A stretch of DNA of 64,000 bases from an uncultured Planctomycetota bacterium. GTDB lineage: Bacteria > Planctomycetota > Phycisphaerae > Tepidisphaerales > Tepidisphaeraceae. The translations under genes and the position numbers were made by a program. Positions 27,162 through 37,315 of the stretch are shown in pieces. Under the pieces are notes generated by a model. It was not told the DNA's origin. It searched no databases and saw only the letters and a list, made by a program, of their open reading frames with translations. The first letter of the stretch is position 1; each line of letters starts with the position of its first letter. The stretch is taken from contig CAWJEN010000006.1 of the NCBI GenBank assembly GCA_963841915.1, forward strand, positions 544,001-608,000, written 5' to 3'.

Positions 27162-30160
27162 TCCTCGTAGAGCGAGTTCGAGTCGAACCTGAACAGAGGC
27201 ACGTCCGTCGGGGCGAACGTGAAGCGGATGCCGCGTTCCTCATCGATGCGGTCGAGGTAGACGCCGACGTTCAGGACGGCCTTCTCGAAGCGACGCGTGA
27301 CGTTGACAAAACTGCTGCGAAGGCGACCCGTGTCGAGGTCGAACCGCGAGCTGCCACGAAAGGCGTAGCGGTCGCTGACGTTGTAGTCGGCCCGTCCGCC
27401 GATGAGCGTTGCGTCGAACGGGGCGATGTAGCTTGCGTCGAATCGCATCGACAACCGTCCGCCGCGGTTCAGGTTGACCGCTGTTTCAGTGTAAAGAAGC
27501 TGTTCCGGATTCAGGCCGTAGGTGGCTGAACCTTCGAGTGCGACCGCGTCACTGACGGCCCAGCCGACGCTGGCTTCGGCGACGTCGGTCGGAATCGATG
27601 CCTCGGGCCGCGTCGCGTAGTAGACGCCGCGGAAAGGCCGATCGAGATCGTCGAACCCGCCGTCGAAGCGGTCTTCCGTCGCGGCTTCGAGGTCGCTGCC
27701 GGCACTGAAGAGGCTGGTCGAGACGTCGACGACGAAGAGGTCGACGCTTCGCTTGCCACCAGGTGGGCCGCGGTAGGTTTGCCAGCGTTGCCTCAGTCCG
27801 ACGCGTCCACCGACCATCGTGCCGTAGACGTCGACATCTTCATCGAAGATGTACGTTTCGGCGACCTCGCGTCCCGCGGACACGCCGGCGAAGGCGTCGG
27901 CGTACGGCTCGATGAGATGGCGCAATCGGTCAACGCCGAGAATGCGACTGAACGGCCGATCATCAATGCGGGCGAACACCGACGACAAGCTCACGCCCAC
28001 GCCGCCGAGGACGCGGGCGGCGGCATCACCGAGCGGCGTTTCACCCCAACCCGTCGCCCGTGCCACGACAAACGGCCGTGCCCGAACCGGCCCGAGCATG
28101 CCGGCAAATGCCAGTTCCTGACGCAAGTCAAGCCGCGGCACGACCTGCTCGCTTTGGCCCGTGTACCCGTAGCTCTGCACGCCGCGATAGCCGCGTTCGC
28201 CGGAGCGGAAATTGAAGTCGTCGTTAATGTCGTCGCTGAGCCGGTCGAACGCCATCGCGCCGAGGCGGGCTTCGCTGTTGAACGTGAAGGCCCCGATCCG
28301 CTGGCCATAGGTGCCGCCGGTGAGTTCGGGCAGTCGCTCGACGGCGGCGTTTTCCTGGATCTGGTCGGCGACGGTGGCAAAGTCCTCGGTCGACACGTTG
28401 AGCCGCAGCGTGCCATACGTGTTGCTGCCGCGTCGCGCGACGGCAAGGCTCAGGTCATGCGCCGGCCCGCGATAGAAGGCGTTTCGGTCGAAGATTTCGA
28501 GGTATGTCGGATCACTCAGGACGCCGTACCGGGCGAAGAGGGCGTAGTCCTCACCGCCGTAGGTCGCGCCGCCGGGGAAGAACTGCTCGTGCTCGTAGAA
28601 GAACCGCCCGCGGAGCAGGTCACGATCTTCGTCGACGCGTCGGCCCGGCAGGTTGTCGCGACCTTCATCGTCGAGGATTTCGAGCTTGGCGTCGCCGGAA
28701 AAGAGCGTCGGCCGCCCGCCGCCGACGTTGAGGAACAGGTCCGAGCCGTAGTTGAAGTCGGCCCCACCGTAGAGCCCGCGGTCGCCGTAGTAGGCGACGG
28801 TGTAGGTGGCGTCGAAGGCGTCGATCGGCTCAAGGCCGAGCGTCTCGCGCAAGCCCCACGTCGTGCTGATGAAGGTGCCGCGGGTCGAGTCGTCGCCGAA
28901 GTTGATGTCGCGCAACGGCAGGCGGTTCTCCGCCGTGCCGCCTCGCACGATCGGAAGGTAGAAGACCGGCACGCCGAACACCCGCGGCGTGACGTTGTCG
29001 GCCCCAAAGGTCTGCTGAATCAGCGCGTCGCCCCGGTCACGCACGTACACGCGACCTGCGTTGATCGACAGCATCGGCGTGCGGAACGAACTCGTCGACA
29101 GCTGCGCGTTGCGGGCCTCATACAGATCATCCGACACGCGGCGAATGGTCTTGGCCCGCACGGTCAGCGGCACTGTGAGCAGGCCCGAGCTGCGGGCGTG
29201 CAAGACGGCCTCACCCAACGTGGCCCGGCCGGTGCCAAAGTCGTAGTACGCCTGCTTGGCCCGCAGCCGACGGTCGAGGACCGGCAGAATCCGGTCGGCG
29301 TCCTTAGGCGTTTGCGTGACGCGGACGTCGCCCTCCAGATAGATGCCGTCGAGGTTCCGGACGAAGTCGGCAGGATCGGCCAGGTCTGCGGCGTCGTCGA
29401 GTCGCTCGAGCGCCGTGAAAAGTACCGCCCGGTCGGCTGACAGCTCGATCATGCCGCCGTCGGGCGTCTCGCGGATGACAAATACGCCGCCGGTTGCTTC
29501 GACGGCGAGCTTGCCGCGGTCGTCGATGGTCGTCTTGAGTTCGCTCGCCTGCAGCGCTGCTAGAGCGGTTGGTGGCAGCGTGGGTGCGACGGCCGAACCC
29601 TGTGGCGTGGCGTCGCGTGCTTGCGTCGTGGCCGGTGGTTTGTTGTCACCGTCGAGAGCGAGCGGCTCGATCTCGGCCCATTCTAAAGCGGCCGCGCCAC
29701 GGTCTAGCAGTGGCTGATCGGCCACGCCGCGTGGTCGCCGACGGTCGGCGTCAAGATCGAGCGGGCCGTCGGCGACAACGTTGACGACGAGCGAGTCGCC
29801 CTCACTCGAGGCGCCGGCCGCGTCCCAGCGTGCGTTGCCGAGCATCACGATGTCGAGTCGGCGACGGTTCGAGCCCGGTACTTTCCTTGACCGGACGATC
29901 ATCGCGTCGGCCCGAAGTGTCGCCTCGCCGGCGGTGATGAGGACCTGCGGCGTGTCTGCGTCGCCTTGCAGGAGCAGGATGGACGCGTCGCCGTCACGAT
30001 CGAGTGCCGCCGATGCGGCGGTGGCGGCGACGTCAAAGGCCGGCCGCAGTGTGTCGTCAGCCCGCGTGATGGAGCAGAGTGCCAGACAGGCGGCCAGCGC
30101 GAGGCTTACCAGCCGACGGCGGGGCGGGCGATGACTGATAAGAGGGGCGACCGTCGGCAA
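27158..30160 (-). CDS. lptD: LptD-like outer-membrane LPS assembly protein
   Basis: Signal peptide; jellyroll-like region (IYLEGDVRV, FGVPVFYLP); beta-barrel with alternating aromatics, LSDPTYLE, RHLIEP, QRWQTYRG. Confidence 0.65.
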   Translation of the reverse strand: MPTVAPLISHRPPRRRLVSLALAACLALCSITRADDTLRPAFDVAATAASAALDRDGDASILLLQGDADTPQVLITAGEATLRADAMIVRSRKVPGSNRRRLDIVMLGNARWDAAGASSEGDSLVVNVVADGPLDLDADRRRPRGVADQPLLDRGAAALEWAEIEPLALDGDNKPPATTQARDATPQGSAVAPTLPPTALAALQASELKTTIDDRGKLAVEATGGVFVIRETPDGGMIELSADRAVLFTALERLDDAADLADPADFVRNLDGIYLEGDVRVTQTPKDADRILPVLDRRLRAKQAYYDFGTGRATLGEAVLHARSSGLLTVPLTVRAKTIRRVSDDLYEARNAQLSTSSFRTPMLSINAGRVYVRDRGDALIQQTFGADNVTPRVFGVPVFYLPIVRGGTAENRLPLRDINFGDDSTRGTFISTTWGLRETLGLEPIDAFDATYTVAYYGDRGLYGGADFNYGSDLFLNVGGGRPTLFSGDAKLEILDDEGRDNLPGRRVDEDRDLLRGRFFYEHEQFFPGGATYGGEDYALFARYGVLSDPTYLEIFDRNAFYRGPAHDLSLAVARRGSNTYGTLRLNVSTEDFATVADQIQENAAVERLPELTGGTYGQRIGAFTFNSEARLGAMAFDRLSDDINDDFNFRSGERGYRGVQSYGYTGQSEQVVPRLDLRQELAFAGMLGPVRARPFVVARATGWGETPLGDAAARVLGGVGVSLSSVFARIDDRPFSRILGVDRLRHLIEPYADAFAGVSAGREVAETYIFDEDVDVYGTMVGGRVGLRQRWQTYRGPPGGKRSVDLFVVDVSTSLFSAGSDLEAATEDRFDGGFDDLDRPFRGVYYATRPEASIPTDVAEASVGWAVSDAVALEGSATYGLNPEQLLYTETAVNLNRGGRLSMRFDASYIAPFDATLIGGRADYNVSDRYAFRGSSRFDLDTGRLRSSFVNVTRRFEKAVLNVGVYLDRIDEERGIRFTFAPTDVPLFRFDSNSLYED

Positions 30161-30302
30161 CGTGGGGCGATTGTCGAAGGTTTGGCGGTGGCTGCAACAA
30201 CGCGTGGCACTGCGCGTAGGTATCCGCGAAGGAGGCGGTACAGTATCCCCGACCGCCGCGTGGCCGCGCCCGCCGTTTCAGTCCTTACTTACCACACAGC
30301 TC

Positions 30303-32282
30303 ATGTCGATGTTCGAACGCTCGTCCTTGTCTCACGCCGCCTTTGCGGCAGTTCTGTCTGCTGGCCTGATCGCCCCGATTGCACTGGCCGATGCACCGTC
30401 GACGCAGCCGTCGGAGGAGAAGGAGAACGAAGGCGACTCTGGCCGGCTGTCGGGCATCCTGAGCAAGATGAAGGAGGCCGTTGAGGCCGAGCCGACGACA
30501 AAGCCGTCTGGGGACGAGGCCGCCGAGGCGACGGCGAACCTCACGCCTGGCGAGCTCATCAAGCAGATGCGTGAAAAGGCCGACGCCGAGAAGGCGATGC
30601 CGCTCGTCGCGCAGATCGACCTGAGCGTCCCGCTGAGTGAGCGGCCTGTCGGGTTCAGCCTGTTCGGTGGCGGTGGCATGGACCTGCGAAGCGTCCTGGG
30701 TCGACTCGACGCCGCCGAAAAGGATCCGGAAGTCAAAGCCGTTCTGCTGACGTTCTTCAACGGCGGCATGATGAACCTTTCCCAAGCCCAGGAGATCCGC
30801 GACAAGCTCGACGCGCTCCGCCGCGCCGGCAAGCGGACCTTTGCCTACGCCGACACGTACGACACGACGAGCTACCTTGTTGCCAGTGCCTGCACCGACG
30901 TCGTCCTCATGGACGGCGGTGAAATGTTCATGCCCGGCATCGCCATCGAGCCCATGTTCTACCGCGGCGCGCTCGACAAGCTCGGGGTCAAGCCCGACTA
31001 CGTCCAGGTTGGCGAGTACAAGGGGGCCGAAGAGCCTTACACGCGGAGCACGCCGTCGCCTGAGCTGACGAAGGAGATGGAGAAGCTCGTCGAGTCGATG
31101 TACAGCCAAGTCATCGATGAGATCAGCGGGGGACGCTCGATGGCCAAGAGCAAGGTCGAGGAAGCTATTGACCGTGCCATGACACCTGCCGGTCAGGCAT
31201 TGCAGCAGGGCTTCGTCGACCACCTCGCCGACGCCGACGGCCTGCGGGAGCTTTTCGAAGAAGAGCTTGGTGCTGAGCCCCGCATCAACGCCGCCTACGC
31301 GACGGGTGACGCGCCGTCATTTGATCCTGATAACCCCTTTGCGATCTTCCAGCTGCTCAAGCCGCAGAACATCGATGCTGACAAACCGAGCGTCGCGATC
31401 GTCTATGCACAAGGTGCGATCGTTGACGGCACTGGTGGTGCGGGTGGGCTGCTGGGCGGCGGTGACAGCGTCAACACGGAGTACATCCGCCGCGCGATGC
31501 GTCTGGCGGCACGGGACGATGAGGTCAAGGCCGTCGTGCTCCGTATCGACTCACCGGGCGGCAGCGCGCTGGCCAGCGAGGCGATGTACCAGGCAATCAA
31601 GCGTGTGGCCGAGGACAAGCCCGTGATCGTCAGCATCGGTGGGATCGCCGCCAGCGGTGGCTACTACATCGCCGTGGCCGGTGACGAGATTTATGCCGAT
31701 CCGGCGGCCATTATTGGCTCGATCGGCGTCGTCGGTGGCAAGCTCGTGCTCGACGGCCTCTACGAGAAGGTCGGCCTGAGCACAACCATGTTCAAGCGTG
31801 GTGAGAACGCCGGACTGTTTAGCCAAACCGAGCCGTGGGACGATCGTCAGCGTCGCCTTGTTCGAAACTGGATGAAGAGCACCTACGACCAATTTACAGA
31901 TCGCGTCGCCACCGGTCGCGGCGACGCTGTTGCGGACGTGGACGACATCGCCCGTGGCCGCATCTTCCTGGCCGAAGAGGGCAAGAAGCTGGGCATGGTC
32001 GACCACCTCGGCGGCATCGACGACGCCCTCGCCGCCGCCGCCAAGCGGGCGGATCTCGGTGACGACTATGAGGTGATCGTCCTACCGGGCGAGCAGTCGA
32101 ACCCGTTCGCCGGTGCAGGTGGCGGCTTCCCGCTCGGATCGGCCGTCAGCCCGCTCAACGAGCTCATGCGCCTGCTACCGGCCGGCATCCGCGACAACGT
32201 CGGGCGGCTGATCGTGACGAGTGAACTGCTGGAGGATCGTCCCGTCATCCTGATGATGCCTTACGCCGTACGGATTCGCTAA
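30303..32282 (+). CDS. sppA: Signal peptide peptidase SppA, 67K type
   Basis: Tandem S49 domains: GEYKGAEEP, LRIDSPGGSALASE, AASGGYY, IIGSIGV. Confidence 0.92.
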   Translation: MSMFERSSLSHAAFAAVLSAGLIAPIALADAPSTQPSEEKENEGDSGRLSGILSKMKEAVEAEPTTKPSGDEAAEATANLTPGELIKQMREKADAEKAMPLVAQIDLSVPLSERPVGFSLFGGGGMDLRSVLGRLDAAEKDPEVKAVLLTFFNGGMMNLSQAQEIRDKLDALRRAGKRTFAYADTYDTTSYLVASACTDVVLMDGGEMFMPGIAIEPMFYRGALDKLGVKPDYVQVGEYKGAEEPYTRSTPSPELTKEMEKLVESMYSQVIDEISGGRSMAKSKVEEAIDRAMTPAGQALQQGFVDHLADADGLRELFEEELGAEPRINAAYATGDAPSFDPDNPFAIFQLLKPQNIDADKPSVAIVYAQGAIVDGTGGAGGLLGGGDSVNTEYIRRAMRLAARDDEVKAVVLRIDSPGGSALASEAMYQAIKRVAEDKPVIVSIGGIAASGGYYIAVAGDEIYADPAAIIGSIGVVGGKLVLDGLYEKVGLSTTMFKRGENAGLFSQTEPWDDRQRRLVRNWMKSTYDQFTDRVATGRGDAVADVDDIARGRIFLAEEGKKLGMVDHLGGIDDALAAAAKRADLGDDYEVIVLPGEQSNPFAGAGGGFPLGSAVSPLNELMRLLPAGIRDNVGRLIVTSELLEDRPVILMMPYAVRIR

Positions 32283-32308
32283 GTCAGGTCGAATTGGCTG
32301 TTTTCCAC

Positions 32309-32338
32309 GGACGCCTCGGCCAGTGAGCCGGGGCGTCT
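32309..32338 (+). terminator. Hairpin after sppA
   Basis: gacgcctcggc...gccggggcgtc followed by a T-rich tail. Confidence 0.5.
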
Positions 32339-32491
32339 ACTTGTTGCGAGCTTGCCGTGGCACAGCATCTCAGGGCTCGTCTTATAGAAGAACGACATTT
32401 TTAGGTACGAAGCTCGTAAATTAGCCACGTCTACCCGCGAGATCTGCCTGCCTCATTGGACAAGCGGCAGTCAGATGCCGAAGGTGTCATC

Positions 32492-34402
32492 ATGTGCGGA
32501 ATTGTTGCCTACGTCGGCCGCTCGATTGCCCAGCCTGTTCTGATTGAGGGACTTAAACGCCTCGAGTATCGCGGCTACGACTCGGCGGGCGTGGCCGTCG
32601 TCGGAACGGACGGGCAGCTTCATATCCGCCGCACGGTCGGACGAATCAGCGTTCTGGAAGCAGAAGTCGATCGCCGACGCGACATCGGCGAGCCGCTGCC
32701 CGAAACAGCCAACGTCGGCATGGCCCACACACGCTGGGCGACCCACGGTGCCGCCACCCGAGACAATGCTCATCCGCATACAGACTCTGCGGGCAAAATC
32801 GCCGTCGTTCACAACGGCATCATCGAGAACTACGCGGCGTTGAAGAAGTACCTGGCCCAACGCGGCCACTCGTTCGGCAGCGAGACGGATACCGAAGTGC
32901 TCGCTGTCCTCATCGGGCACGTGTACGACGAACTCAAGGCCGAGCAGGCCTCAGGCAACGGCACGCCGACCAAGTCCAATGACGACGGCTCACTTATCCG
33001 GAAGGCCGTCCAGATCGCGCTCGGTGAAGTCGACGGCACGTACGGCATTGCCGTCGTCTGCGGCGACGAGCCCGACACGCTGGTTGTCGCCCGCAAGGGT
33101 TCGCCGCTCATCATCGGTGTGGGCGACGACGAGTACGTCGTCGCCAGCGACGCAGCGGCCATCGTGGAGCACACGTCGCGGGTGATCTACCTCAACGACA
33201 ACGAGATGGCGTTGCTCAGGCCGGGCGCGTTCCGAACATTCACAATCGACGACGTGCCGGTCTCACCGGTCATCGAAGAGCTCGAAACGAGCCTTGAGGA
33301 GTACGAGCTGGGCGAGTACCCGCACTACATGCTCAAGGAGATTTTCGAGCAGCCCGACAGCGTGCAGAACTGTCTACGCGGCAGGGCAGACGGTCGCGAA
33401 GGCCGCATCGTCCTCGGCGGCCTGACACAGTACGAGCGCGTGCTGACGCGAGCTAAGCGTTACATTCTGACCGGCCAAGGCACCGCCTGGCACGCAGGCC
33501 TCATCGGCGACTATCTCATGGAAGACCTGGCCAAGGTCGTCACCGAATGCACCTACGCCAGCGAGTTCCGGTATCGCAACCCGCTCGTCGAGGACGACAC
33601 GGTGGTCGTGGCCATCAGCCAGAGCGGCGAGACGGCCGACACGCTCAGCGCGCTGCGTGAGGCTCGTATCAAGGGTGCGACTGCTATGGGCCTCGTCAAT
33701 GCGGTCGGCAGCTCGATCGCCCGTGAAACCGACTGCGGCGTCTATCTACACGCCGGTCCAGAAATCGGCGTCGCCAGCACGAAGGCTTTTACCTGTCAGT
33801 GCTGCGTGTTGACGATGCTGAGCCTCTATATCGGCCGTCGGCGGTTTATGGGGCAGGAGGAGCACTCGCACCTCATCGAGGCGTTGAACAACATTCCGGA
33901 TCAGATGCGGACGATCCTGAAGGAGAGCGACTTCATCAGAACGGTTGCCGATGAGTTCTGCAACAGGGAAAACTGGTTGTTCCTCGGGCGCGGTTACAAC
34001 TATCCGATCGCGCTCGAAGGTGCGTTGAAGCTCAAAGAGATCAGCTATATTCATGCCGAGGGCATGCCGGCCGCCGAGATGAAGCACGGGCCGATCGCCC
34101 TCATCAGCCAAGGCATGCCCGTTGTCTTCATTGCGACCAAGGGCAGCCAATACGAGAAGGTCATCAGCAACATCGAAGAGGTGCGAGCCCGCGGTGGCAG
34201 GATCATCGCCGTCGCCACCGAGGGTGACACCGATATCGACCGGTATAGCGACCACGTCATCCGGGTGCCCGATGTTCCCGAGCCGTTGCAGCCGCTATTG
34301 ACGGTGGTGCCGTTGCAACTTTTGGCGTATCACGCGGCTGTGCTTCGGGGGTGCAACGTCGACAAGCCGCGGAACCTGGCTAAGAGCGTGACGGTTGAGT
34401 GA
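32492..34402 (+). CDS. glmS: Glutamine--fructose-6-phosphate aminotransferase
   Basis: MCGIV, EYRGYDSAG, HTRWATHG, SQSGETADT, C-terminal PRNLAKSVTVE. Confidence 0.98.
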   Translation: MCGIVAYVGRSIAQPVLIEGLKRLEYRGYDSAGVAVVGTDGQLHIRRTVGRISVLEAEVDRRRDIGEPLPETANVGMAHTRWATHGAATRDNAHPHTDSAGKIAVVHNGIIENYAALKKYLAQRGHSFGSETDTEVLAVLIGHVYDELKAEQASGNGTPTKSNDDGSLIRKAVQIALGEVDGTYGIAVVCGDEPDTLVVARKGSPLIIGVGDDEYVVASDAAAIVEHTSRVIYLNDNEMALLRPGAFRTFTIDDVPVSPVIEELETSLEEYELGEYPHYMLKEIFEQPDSVQNCLRGRADGREGRIVLGGLTQYERVLTRAKRYILTGQGTAWHAGLIGDYLMEDLAKVVTECTYASEFRYRNPLVEDDTVVVAISQSGETADTLSALREARIKGATAMGLVNAVGSSIARETDCGVYLHAGPEIGVASTKAFTCQCCVLTMLSLYIGRRRFMGQEEHSHLIEALNNIPDQMRTILKESDFIRTVADEFCNRENWLFLGRGYNYPIALEGALKLKEISYIHAEGMPAAEMKHGPIALISQGMPVVFIATKGSQYEKVISNIEEVRARGGRIIAVATEGDTDIDRYSDHVIRVPDVPEPLQPLLTVVPLQLLAYHAAVLRGCNVDKPRNLAKSVTVE

Positions 34403-34678
34403 CATTGGCGGGCTCGCGACCGGTACGCCAACCGCACCGTGACCGAAGCAGACGGCGGCGTCTTCATGCAGTCGTTTGCGCTCGGCGGCTCCGGGCAGAA
34501 CTTCTTTACCATCGAGGCCATGTCGATCGATCCGCTGGCGAGCGTCGCGCTGACGACGACGCCCGGCCTCGTCAACGTTCAGCAGATCCGCATCGGTGGC
34601 GTGTCGATCCCAGAGCCGTCAGCCCTCCTGTCGCTTGCGACTGGAGGTCTGCTGGTGCTAAGTCGCCGACACAGCTAA
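34403..34678 (+). pseudogene. C-terminal remnant of a PEP-CTERM protein
   Basis: Ends IPEPSALLSLATGGLLVLSRRHS; no signal peptide and no room for a 5' part after glmS. Confidence 0.6.
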
Positions 34679-34712
34679 GCGACGATGGCCAGTGCGATAA
34701 GGTGACTCCGGA

Positions 34713-36089
34713 ATGATCCAGAGCACCCGCATTCGGCATCTGAACGACGGTGACATTCGCGAGAACGGCAAGTACGTTCTTTACTGGATGCAAGCCGCTC
34801 AGCGGACGCGTTACAACCACGCGCTCGAACATGCCATCGACAGGGCCAATGTACTTAACCTGCCGGTGGTGTGCTGCTTTGGACTGACCGATGGCTATCC
34901 CGAAGCCAACGCCCGGCACTATCAGTTCATGCTCGAAGGCCTTCGCGACGTCGGGGCCAATCTTAAGAAGCGGGGCATCGCCTTTGTGTTCGACAAGAAC
35001 GAGCCGAGCAAGGTCGCTATCAAGTGGGCCAGGGAAGCGGCAGAAGTGGTGGTCGACATGGGATACGTTCGGCCCTGCAGGCGTTGGCGGGACGAGGCGA
35101 GCGATGGGATCGACTGTCGGCTGACGCAAGTCGAAAGCGGCGTCGTGGTGCCTGTCGAGACCGTCAGTGATAAACGTGAGTACGCCGCCCGCACAATTCG
35201 GCCCAAGCTGCACAAGCTGTGGGACGAGTATCTCGAGCCGATGCAGGAGCTCGAGGCCAAGCACAAGTGCGACGGTCGACTGGCTAAGGGCGAACTGGAC
35301 GCAAGCGATCCGGCGACGCTGCTGGCGTCGCTGGACGTCGACGACAGTGTCCCCGGCAGCGAGCAATACGAAGGCGGCGAGAACAAGGCGCGGGCGATGC
35401 TCGACTCGTTCATGAAGCACAAGCTCGACGGTTACGCAGATGGTCGCAACGAGCCTTCATCTGACAAACACAGCTACATGAGCATGTACCTGCACTTCGG
35501 GCAGATCTCGCCGCTCGAGATCGCGCTGGAGGTGCGAGACGCCAAGGCGGGCGAAGACACGAAGAGTTACCTCGAAGAACTCATCATCCGCCGCGAGCTG
35601 GCGAAGAACTTCGTCTGGTTCGAGCCGGACTACGACAGCTACAAGTGCCTGCCAGACTGGGCCAAGAAAACGCTCGCCGAGCACCGCAATGACGAGCGGC
35701 CGACGGTCTACACCCGCGATGATCTTGAGAAGGCCAAGACCGACGACCCGTACTGGAATGCCGCGATGGATCAGCTTCGGCTGACCGGGTTCATGCACAA
35801 CTACATGCGGATGTACTGGGGCAAGAAGGTCCTGGAGTGGACCAACACGCCTGAGTACGGCTACGACACGCTTTTGTACCTGAACAACAAGTACTTCATC
35901 GACGGTCGGGATCCCAACAGCTACTCCAATGTCGCTTGGATCTTTGGCCTGCACGACCGGCCGTGGACCGAGCGAAGCGTCTTCGGCAAGGTGCGGTACA
36001 TGAATGCCAAGGGACTCGAACGCAAGTTCGACATGACGTCGTACGTGCGGCAGATCGACAAGCTGCGCAACGGCTCAGTCGCCAAGTAG
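34713..36089 (+). CDS. phr: Class II CPD (deoxyribodipyrimidine) photolyase
   Basis: YWMQAAQR..NHAL, EYAARTIRPK, YLHFGQIS, GFMHNYMRMYWGKK, DGRDPNSY. Confidence 0.93.
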   Translation: MIQSTRIRHLNDGDIRENGKYVLYWMQAAQRTRYNHALEHAIDRANVLNLPVVCCFGLTDGYPEANARHYQFMLEGLRDVGANLKKRGIAFVFDKNEPSKVAIKWAREAAEVVVDMGYVRPCRRWRDEASDGIDCRLTQVESGVVVPVETVSDKREYAARTIRPKLHKLWDEYLEPMQELEAKHKCDGRLAKGELDASDPATLLASLDVDDSVPGSEQYEGGENKARAMLDSFMKHKLDGYADGRNEPSSDKHSYMSMYLHFGQISPLEIALEVRDAKAGEDTKSYLEELIIRRELAKNFVWFEPDYDSYKCLPDWAKKTLAEHRNDERPTVYTRDDLEKAKTDDPYWNAAMDQLRLTGFMHNYMRMYWGKKVLEWTNTPEYGYDTLLYLNNKYFIDGRDPNSYSNVAWIFGLHDRPWTERSVFGKVRYMNAKGLERKFDMTSYVRQIDKLRNGSVAK

Positions 36090-37232
36090 CTCGACCAGGC
36101 GGTCGGCGTTTTTCTGCAGCCAGACAACTTTGCGCTGCACCATGTTCAAAAAGCCGTGTCCCTCGAGCTTGCCGAATTGGCCGGTCGCGGCGATCGGGTA
36201 GACGGCCTCCGCGATGAGCGCCTCGACCATCAGCCAAGGCGTCGCCTTCAGCTCCGCATCGCTCAGGAGCTGAACATCGTCGTAGCCTCGCAGGAATCGC
36301 TTGAAGCGCGACTCGTCGAGATAGTCAGGCCAAGAGGCGACGTCTTCGCCACCGCCGAGGATGGAGAATTGCAGCGCACCGTTAGCCGAATCGATAATGC
36401 GAGGTAAGCGTCGGGCCGAGTCGTAGTCGATGACGGCCACGACACGACCTTGACGGAAGAGCATGTTGCCCGGGTGCCAGTCGCCGTGCACGATTTGCGG
36501 CGGCCAGTCACCGAGGCCAGCGTCGTCGGCGCTGTCACGGGCGTGCAGGTAGCTGTCGCGCAGGAAGCGGCAGAGGTTGGCGACCTTCTTGTTGCCGACG
36601 AAATGGGCGATGATGCGCTCAAAGCCCTGCTCGACGGCGGCTGCGCCATGGAAGCTGCCGCTCGGTGTTTCGTAGGGAGAATCGAGGTCTTCGAGCAGCT
36701 TGTGGTACAGAGCCAGAATGCGGCCTGCGTCGAAGGTCGAGTCGAGGCTTTGACCGTAGGGCTCGCCGGGGATGTACTCGAACAGCTCGTAGATGCGGCC
36801 GTCGAGGACGAGCATCGTGCTGCCGCTGACACGCTCGGGAATGAGGTGCGGCAGCGGAAACTGTTTGGCGGCCAAGTGGTTCTGCAGGTCGTGGCAGAAG
36901 GCGACCTTGTTCTGGTCTTCGCCACCGCGCCCGCGAGCGCGGCGTTTGAGCAGGAACCGACCATTGGCCGTCTTGATGACGAGTTTGGGTGCCTTGCGAC
37001 TGCCGCGGTGAAAATCGTCAAGAGCGTCGATGACGCCGAGGTCGAAGTGGCTTAGCACGCGGGCCAGCTCATCACGATCGAAGGTGTCGTACCCGCCGGA
37101 GCTGGGGCTGGTTTCGCGGGACGCATTACGGGTGGCCATCGACGCTGCGGCGGTCGGCGAAGGGCGTACCCCCGGCTTGGCTTGGGCTGGATCGACCGTT
37201 GCGGTCGCGGGTTGGGCGGTCGGCTGCGTCAT
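36075..37232 (-). CDS. APH-family phosphotransferase (homoserine kinase type II-like)
   Basis: IVHGDWHPGNMLF, VIDYD. Confidence 0.8.
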   Translation of the reverse strand: MTQPTAQPATATVDPAQAKPGVRPSPTAAASMATRNASRETSPSSGGYDTFDRDELARVLSHFDLGVIDALDDFHRGSRKAPKLVIKTANGRFLLKRRARGRGGEDQNKVAFCHDLQNHLAAKQFPLPHLIPERVSGSTMLVLDGRIYELFEYIPGEPYGQSLDSTFDAGRILALYHKLLEDLDSPYETPSGSFHGAAAVEQGFERIIAHFVGNKKVANLCRFLRDSYLHARDSADDAGLGDWPPQIVHGDWHPGNMLFRQGRVVAVIDYDSARRLPRIIDSANGALQFSILGGGEDVASWPDYLDESRFKRFLRGYDDVQLLSDAELKATPWLMVEALIAEAVYPIAATGQFGKLEGHGFLNMVQRKVVWLQKNADRLVELLGD

Positions 37233-37315
37233 CGCGGTCGGGTGTCTGACCGTAGATCGGTTGGCGCGGGTCCGCAGCGTTATCGGGCTGTGAAAGCTGC
37301 GGCCTTGGCCGAGGG

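Noticed and set aside
32340..32491. glmS ribozyme upstream of glmS
   Set aside because: The conserved AGCGCC...GACGAGG core was not found.
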